DNA of 64,000 nucleotides, from contig CM022667.1 of the NCBI GenBank assembly GCA_012295275.1, forward strand, positions 19,406,001-19,470,000. Reading direction: 5' to 3'. The DNA is from Chrysomallon squamiferum (Eukaryota > Animalia > Mollusca). Below are positions 57,551-64,000 of this stretch, one piece after another. Both the position numbers and the translations under genes were made by a program. The stretch's first letter is position 1. The number at the start of each line of letters is the position of its first letter. A model generated the notes under the pieces. That model was not told the origin of the DNA. It did no database searches and saw nothing but the letters and a program-made list of their open reading frames with translations.

Positions 57551-59408
57551 TTCTTTCTCATTATTATCTGCATCTATCTTCTTTGTCCTGTCTTTATACT
57601 CTCCTCTTAATTCTCTTACTTTCATCTCTCCAACTGTATCTTTTACTCACTCCCTGAAATATACACCCACCCACCAACCTTCACACACACACACACACAC
57701 ACACACACAATGACACATTAAATCTCTCTCCATACAAGTGTATGTCTGTCTGCATGTATGTTTAACTTTCATACTCACATTAAATAAAATATATCTTTCT
57801 GTTTTAAATGCGCCAAACTGTCCAGTGTAGGAAAATCCTTTAAAGGCTGAGTTGAAGAGGTCAGTTGTGAAAGTAGAAATCATACAACAGAAAAATATTT
57901 GCCAGGAGAGTGTTGTTGTCCAAAATGAGGACACCTCCTCCATTGAGAACAGGAGACCTCCTACAGGAGCTCCAAAGGCAGAGGACACTCCTGCAGCAGC
58001 TCCAGCTGATATAAAATTTCTCCTATTAAAATAAAAATTGTTTATCAAAGAAAGGGAAGAAAAAAAGTATGACAATTACCTAACAAAAATAAAATAAATG
58101 TGGAATGAGATCTTCCATTTAAAGATAGATTTTGTTTTCTCTGAAATATGAAAATAAAAAGAAATGTTTTTTCTTCCTTACACCAAATCATTCAGATTTT
58201 TAATTATTACCTATACATTATATAACATATAAGTCATTGAGTTTTGGTTGGAACTGGATTAATAGCAAACACACTGGTAAATGTCCTAAATAGCAAACTA
58301 TATAAAATAGTCAAAACTTGAAAATATGTCTTTGTTATCTGCAAGTTTCTGTATGCATATGTATTCATGTAAATAGTATATAATATGCATGTTCCTGTGT
58401 GCTTACATGCATCAGCATGTGTATGTTGTGTGCATGCACATGTGTGTACATTATTATAATGCCATAATCCAAACAAACAAATCAAGACCAATTAATGTAA
58501 CAGTGATTATAATAAATTAATTGGTTGTCACAAATAGCCACTGAAATTAAATGAAAAAAACATCTCAAAGAACTAAAGAAGAAACATGGTGTTTATTTTA
58601 CCTGTCTTCAGAATTCCTGAATCTCTTGAAAAATGGAAGTCGAAAGTGAAGACTTTCAGATGCTGCCTGACTGACCCCAGACCCAGCCAGAGCTCTGAAA
58701 ATTTTAAAAGAACCCGAATATACAGTGTGACACGTTTATATTTATCACTATACATAGTTATTTCATATGTAAAATGTATCATAATAATTAAAGAATTGCA
58801 ATAATACAGTTATAATAACTGTTACAGAATTATAAATAATTACTACATAGTTATGAATAATTGTTATGAATTACAATTACTACATTGTTACAATAATTGT
58901 TACAGAATTATAAATAATTACTACATAGTTATGAATAATTGTTATGAATTACAATTACTACATTGTTACAGAATTATAAATAATTACTAGTTATAAATAA
59001 TTATTATGAAGTACAATTTTTACATAGTTATAAATAAATGTTACAGAATTAACAAATATTACAAAAGCTACAAAATATATTTATTTTTTTACAGAATTAT
59101 AAATAATTACCAGATAGATATAAATAACAGATATTCACTAAACAGCTATAACATAACTTTGAGGATGTGATACGAACCCTAAATGAATCATGGGAGCCCT
59201 CTGGCCCGACTGGCATACCACACCCAATAGCAGTGACACAGGACAAAAACTTCACCACCATTGTCTGAATACTGAAGATGTGACGGATGTGAGTTCCATT
59301 CAGGTAACCAGTGACCTCCGGAATACCAGACCCACCAGCACTGGGTCGCCAGAACTGTCAACATTGTACAACAAGATACACTGGGTTTTGTATGTGTCTG
59401 TGTATCTT

Positions 59409-59504
<96 letters not shown>

Positions 59505-60296
59505 TGTGTGTGAGTGTGGCTGTGTATATGTGTGTGTGTATGTGTGTGTGGGTGTGGGTGTGTGTGTTTGTGTGCATTTGTGTGTGTTTGTGTGTGTGAG
59601 TGGTGAGTGTATGTTCATGTGTTGGAATTTGAACAAAATATGTTGGTGTTTTTGTGTGGATGCAAGTGATGTGGATATGGAAAAGTGTGTGTGTGTTAGT
59701 AGAAATGTAGGTTTGTGCGTGTGTATGTTTTTGTGTATATCTAGATGTTACTATATCAGTTTTTCTCTGATTGTGTACATAAATGTGTGTGTGTGTCTGT
59801 GTGTGCATGTGTTTGTGTGTGTGTATGTGTTTGTGTTTGTGTGTGTGTGTGTATGTATACAAGAATACAAAAATATGAGAATGATTGTTAAACGTTAAAT
59901 AAAAATAAATAAGCAAAATGTTATTTACAAAAATTAAAAAATACTTACAATGACTAAAGCAGCACTGAACAGTATGAACAAAACACTGTAACCAACCGCA
60001 AACACCCAGGCAACAGGTGTCTCACCACTCTGAAATACCAAAATTTACATTACATGTATCTCCTCTGTTTTGATTCATCATATTAAATTTAACATACATT
60101 TGACTTACTGTTTTAGAATGTGTACTTAATTATTTTGATACCTTATGTAATAGGTTGGATTTAATGTTAATAAAAAATATTTAATAGATTTCTAATAGAT
60201 ATCTCAAATATTTCAAATTATGATAATAGGAAATGTGCATATTAGAATTTATTATTATAAATAAAATAAAATAAAACAAAAAAAAACAAAAAAAAA

Positions 60297-60357
<61 letters not shown>

Positions 60358-61060
60358 AAAAAATAAAAAAATAATAAATAATAAGTAACTAAGTAAGTAA
60401 GTAAAAAAAAAACTTAAAAAAAAAAATTATTATAAAAAAAAAAAAAAATACACTCTCACCTGTAGAAGTTTCTGTAACATGTTCCACTTGAATTTTGCAA
60501 TTTCCTCAATAAGCTGATGTAGCAGAAAACCAATAATTCCCACACTGAACCCAATTAGACCCATCATCACCCACCGATCAAGCTGCAATCTGAAAAAAAA
60601 CCAGAGTTACGGTTCTTAGCTGAACTCACCAGAAAATAAGTCAAATTTAAAATAAAACTATTTAATAGACCATTTTGATTTAAAAAAATATATGTACATG
60701 TTTTTAAATGTTTTTAAATGTTTTTTTGAATTTATAAATACAGGTTTAAGCTAAAATAAATATTTTATAAAATATGTTAACCCTTGATATGAAAGAATTT
60801 TTGAATTTATTAATACAAGTTTAAGTTCAAATAAATATTTTATGAAATATGTGAAACCTTGTTATATGTTGTTTCTTTATCCAATGTTTATAGATGAAAC
60901 TATGGGAAGGGAGATAATCCAAGCTCTCAAATGTTGCAAGAGTTTCCTTCTCTTTATCTGTATACTTGTGAGTGATGTAAACAGGCTCATAGTCTCTTCC
61001 CTGTAAAACAATAATAGTTGTATTAGTTGTGATAGTAGTAGTAGTAGTAGTAGTAGTAGT

Positions 61061-61092
<32 letters not shown>

Positions 61093-61430
61093 CAGCAGCA
61101 GTAGCATTAATATTAATAATAACAATATAGTAATTATAAAAGTTATATTGCTAGCTTGAATAGAAGTCACAGCAGCAATAAAAGTAGTAGTAGTAGTAAT
61201 AGTAGTAGTAGTAGCAGTAGTAGTAGCAGCAGTAGCATTAATGTTAGTAATAATAACAATATAGTAATAACAAAAGATCTACTACTAACTGGAATAGTAG
61301 TAGTAGTAGTAGTGGTAGAGGTGGTAGCAGCAGCAGTAGTAGCAATATTAATATTAGTAATAAGAATAGCTGGAAACAAAGCAGTAGCAGGAGTGATAGT
61401 GGTGGAAGTAGAAGTAGTAGTAGTAATACC

Positions 61431-61473
<43 letters not shown>

Positions 61474-61498
61474 ATACCAGTAGTAGTAGTAGTAGTAA

Positions 61499-61557
<59 letters not shown>

Positions 61558-61564
61558 ATAGTAA

Positions 61565-61596
<32 letters not shown>

Positions 61597-62246
61597 ATAC
61601 CAGTAGTAAATGTGAAGGAATAAACAAGTAAAAAGACAGAATGTGAAAAAGGCAGTAGGAATGTTTCAACTATGTACTTTTTGATTTATTGTCATATCAG
61701 GTCACACATTTAAAGACCACTGAGATGAACACTGCTGTCACCTGCTGATGTGATACTCTTTTTTCTGCCAAGAAATATTTCACATGCACATTCCAAGAGA
61801 CAAGAAAACAAAAGCCACATTCTTTGAAAAACAAGTTGTTACAACCTGATGTTGACAGATAACAGCCCAGTGCTGAGACTAGATGCAGTGGGCAGAGAGA
61901 AAGTCAGACAGATGGAAGGAGAGACAGATGGAAGGACAGACAGATGGAAGGACAGAGAGATGGGAAGATAGACAGATGGAAGGAGAGACAGATGGAAGGA
62001 CAGACAGATGGAAGGAGAGATGAATGGAAGGAGAGATAGATGGAAGGACAGGCTGATGCAAGGACAGACAGACGAGAGATTAAACAGACCTACCTGAGTG
62101 AACATGCCATAGTTGTCGTCAGACACGTAAAACAGCTGGTCATCTGTTGGGGGCTCAGTGGCCTGTCCATACTTTCTGATCACCTTCCTCTGTCGTACCT
62201 GACCAGTGTCCAGTTCCTGGTAATCACTCGCACCACTGATGTCCAT
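51659..62246 (-). CDS. CLC-family Cl-/H+ exchanger, CLC-6/7 (ClcC-like) clade, 17 exons; two apparent frameshift lesions
   Basis: Exons 62094-62246, 60858-61000, 60460-60589, 59949-60029, 59178-59354, 58602-58694, 57779-58022, 57239-57433, 56786-56874, 56404-56531, 54837-55008, 54251-54428, 53955-54121, 53269-53444, 52804-52909, 52423-52518, 51659-51928. Motifs FESLDY, GSGIPE, GPEG(P)[49 protein letters not shown], and two CBS domains (HGGFPVV; [20 protein letters not shown]). Confidence 0.92.
52215..52440 (-). repeat. ~42-bp degenerate tandem repeat (about 5 copies) spanning a CLC exon end and donor
   Basis: Minus-strand unit ctgtattttaatatt|gtaagtaactgaacatag; extra donor-like copies at 52331-52336, 52287-52292 and 52247-52252. 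Confidence 0.75.
53642..53840. repeat. ~40-bp minisatellite, 5 copies
   Basis: Unit tataaattcaaacagatttatctacctttctaagacaaa. Confidence 0.92.
55024..55973. repeat. 20-bp minisatellite, about 47 copies, abutting a CLC 3' splice site
   Basis: Unit agactgctactgaaa(t/c)attt; head-to-tail with no spacers. Confidence 0.97.
57490..57546. repeat. (CT)n microsatellite
   Basis: Seen directly. Confidence 0.95.
58800..59125. repeat. AT-rich composite tandem repeat
   Basis: Recurrent gttacagaattataaataattactacatagttatgaataatt units. Confidence 0.8.
59395..59860. repeat. Long imperfect (TG)n microsatellite
   Basis: Seen directly; source of the poly-CV/HT ORFs. Confidence 0.95.
60260..60450. repeat. Long A-rich homopolymer tract
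   Basis: Seen directly, with >50 uninterrupted A. Confidence 0.9.
61030..61610. repeat. Compound (TAG)n/(CAG)n microsatellite
   Basis: Seen directly. Confidence 0.95.
61905..62070. repeat. ~18-bp purine-rich tandem repeat
   Basis: Unit gacagatggaagga(c/g)a, about 8 copies just downstream of the CLC exon donor at 62093. Confidence 0.85.
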
Positions 62247-63380
62247 TTCAATGACAGGCTGACATTGCTACAATAATCTGAACTGCAAAATGTGAAGAAA
62301 AAATATGTTAATATTTACAATATTCATTTATTAGTTTTGTACCAGGATGCAACACTGTTAACACTTCTGTCCATCTGTTTAGTGTTAATGACAGATATAA
62401 AACAAAAACAAAAAAACAAAACAAATGCAGGCAGGAAAACAATCATTAATAAAAATATAAATAATAATTAAAAAAAAACCTTCACAACTGCCTCACTCAT
62501 GCAACTAAATACATTTAATAAATAATAATGATAAATATAATTTAAAAAAAATAATAATAATAATAATAAAATTAATAATAAAGACTATAGTAAAATAAAG
62601 CAAAGGTGCAAATAATGTACAGAATGTTTTTTGATAATAATAGATACTGAAACAAAAATGTATATATATACTTAAACACTATCAGGAACGCCCCTCTCCA
62701 AATCTGTTCACTGCTCATTTATAAACTGTTCTCAAATTGCAGTATCATATGTGCATATTTGAAGAGATACAACTCTGATACAGTGACAGCCTTTGTTGTA
62801 GTTTTCGTGTATCTATCTCCAGTTACAAATGCATCATGCAGACTGTCAGCTTTTAGCGTGGCTGTAGTTTTTTGCTGATGCAGTTGTGTATTCACGTCGT
62901 CTGCTACCTGTGACTTTGTCTTCTTGACGCCCACAGCGACTTCGTTATCATCTCCACATGATAAACAAACCCGGAACTGCATCGGAACCAATTGTTAAAC
63001 ATCGATTGTCTCCCTTGAACATTATTTTTGGGGGCCTGGTCTAGGTGGGGGATACTGACAGTGCACGAACTCCCAAGAATTTTGTACACTTCAGCAGACA
63101 TTCAATGTCTGTATTTAAATTAAATGTAAATTAATTAAATTTTAAATTCAAAGGCTTCAATCGTTCAGGGCAATTTATCGTTCCAGCTTATTTCTTGAGC
63201 TATGTAAACATTTTTCGTCGTGTTAAGAGGTACATCTAGAATAAAAATGATGAAATTCTTCAATTAATTATGGTTTAAGAGAAACGATATAATAAATAAA
63301 TAAATTGTATAAAATAAAAATTAACTTTAAAAACAGAAAGAAAAATATCAATGTTTAGACAGAATTTAATAAACCTGTGT

Positions 63381-63403
63381 ACATCATCATCGTCATCATC
63401 ATT

Positions 63404-63444
<41 letters not shown>

Positions 63445-63520
63445 TATTATTATTATTATTATTATTGTTGTTGTTGTTGTTGTTGTTGTCATCATCATCG
63501 TCATCTTTATTATCATTATA
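63381..63520. repeat. Compound (CAT)n/(TAT)n/(TGT)n microsatellite
   Basis: Seen directly. Confidence 0.92.
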
Positions 63521-64000
63521 CAAACGCGAGTCTTGGACTGAATTAAAAATTTTATGTAAACACATTAATGTATTCTTATTTTCTTCTCGAAATTAAATAA
63601 ATAGAAAATTTAATAAATATATTTATCGGATATTACAAAACAACTGAGAAAACAATTTATTATAAATAATGTACTGCAGTTCCTTAGTTAGGGCTTATTC
63701 TGTATAGTTATATAACAATCAAGCTGCAATCTGCGTTCTCCAGTGTCACAATAAAATACAAAATGTACAATATAACTTTGGTGGGCAATACCAGAGATAA
63801 ATCATGCAATTATGTGCCCGAACCTCAGTGGCTTACTGACTGTGATGTCTTAGAGGTTAAACGAAGTTCAGAGACTTTCACTAATCTGTGGCTTAACTCA
63901 ATGATTTAAATTGTTTACTCTGTAACAATAATAAAAAATAAAAAAATCTCTATTTGCCACATGATATCGTTTTATTCATTAATCCGTACGTGATGCATTC

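Noticed and set aside
30330-59200. Programmed frameshifting or insertional RNA editing as the cause of the four lesions
   Set aside because: No shared slippery motif or structure, mixed indel directions, mostly homopolymer context; assembly error is more parsimonious.
59188-59916. Long His/Thr- and Cys/Val-rich ORFs
   Set aside because: Translations of the (TG)n microsatellite inside a CLC intron.
60260-60450. Poly(A) tail of a retrocopy
   Set aside because: No adjacent retroposed body or target-site duplication recognisable.
61156-61669. Poly-Val/Leu/Ser/Thr ORFs
   Set aside because: Products of the (TAG)n/(CAG)n microsatellite.
63275-63596. Poly-Asp/Asn and poly-Ser/Leu ORFs
   Set aside because: Trinucleotide microsatellite translations.

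Overview
AT-rich, intron-rich eukaryotic (animal) genomic DNA. A lophotrochozoan, probably a gastropod, is inferred from the ZP-protein type and degenerate repeats; this is not proven. Six multi-exon protein genes were reconstructed by hand with splice-phase checks: NBN/nibrin (-, last exon off the left edge), mitochondrial LARS2 (+), a 524-aa ZP-domain membrane protein that the ORF track only fragments (-), EXOSC4/RRP41 (-), OPLAH (+) and a CLC-6/7/ClcC-like Cl-/H+ exchanger (-). There are no CRISPR arrays, rRNA/tRNA genes or intact transposases. Main observations: (1) five tandem repeats in three genes are seeded exactly on exon-intron junctions, creating arrays of decoy 5' or 3' splice sites; (2) the EXOSC4 and OPLAH start codons are head-to-head only 68 bp apart, an arrangement also adjacent and divergent in human; (3) four frameshift-type lesions are confined to OPLAH and the CLC gene, most likely assembly indels; (4) two GC-AG introns, a 19-nt micro-exon, and an exact E2F site in the NBN/LARS2 divergent promoter. 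No clearly new biological system is proven; the junction-seeded repeats are the best candidate for something undescribed.
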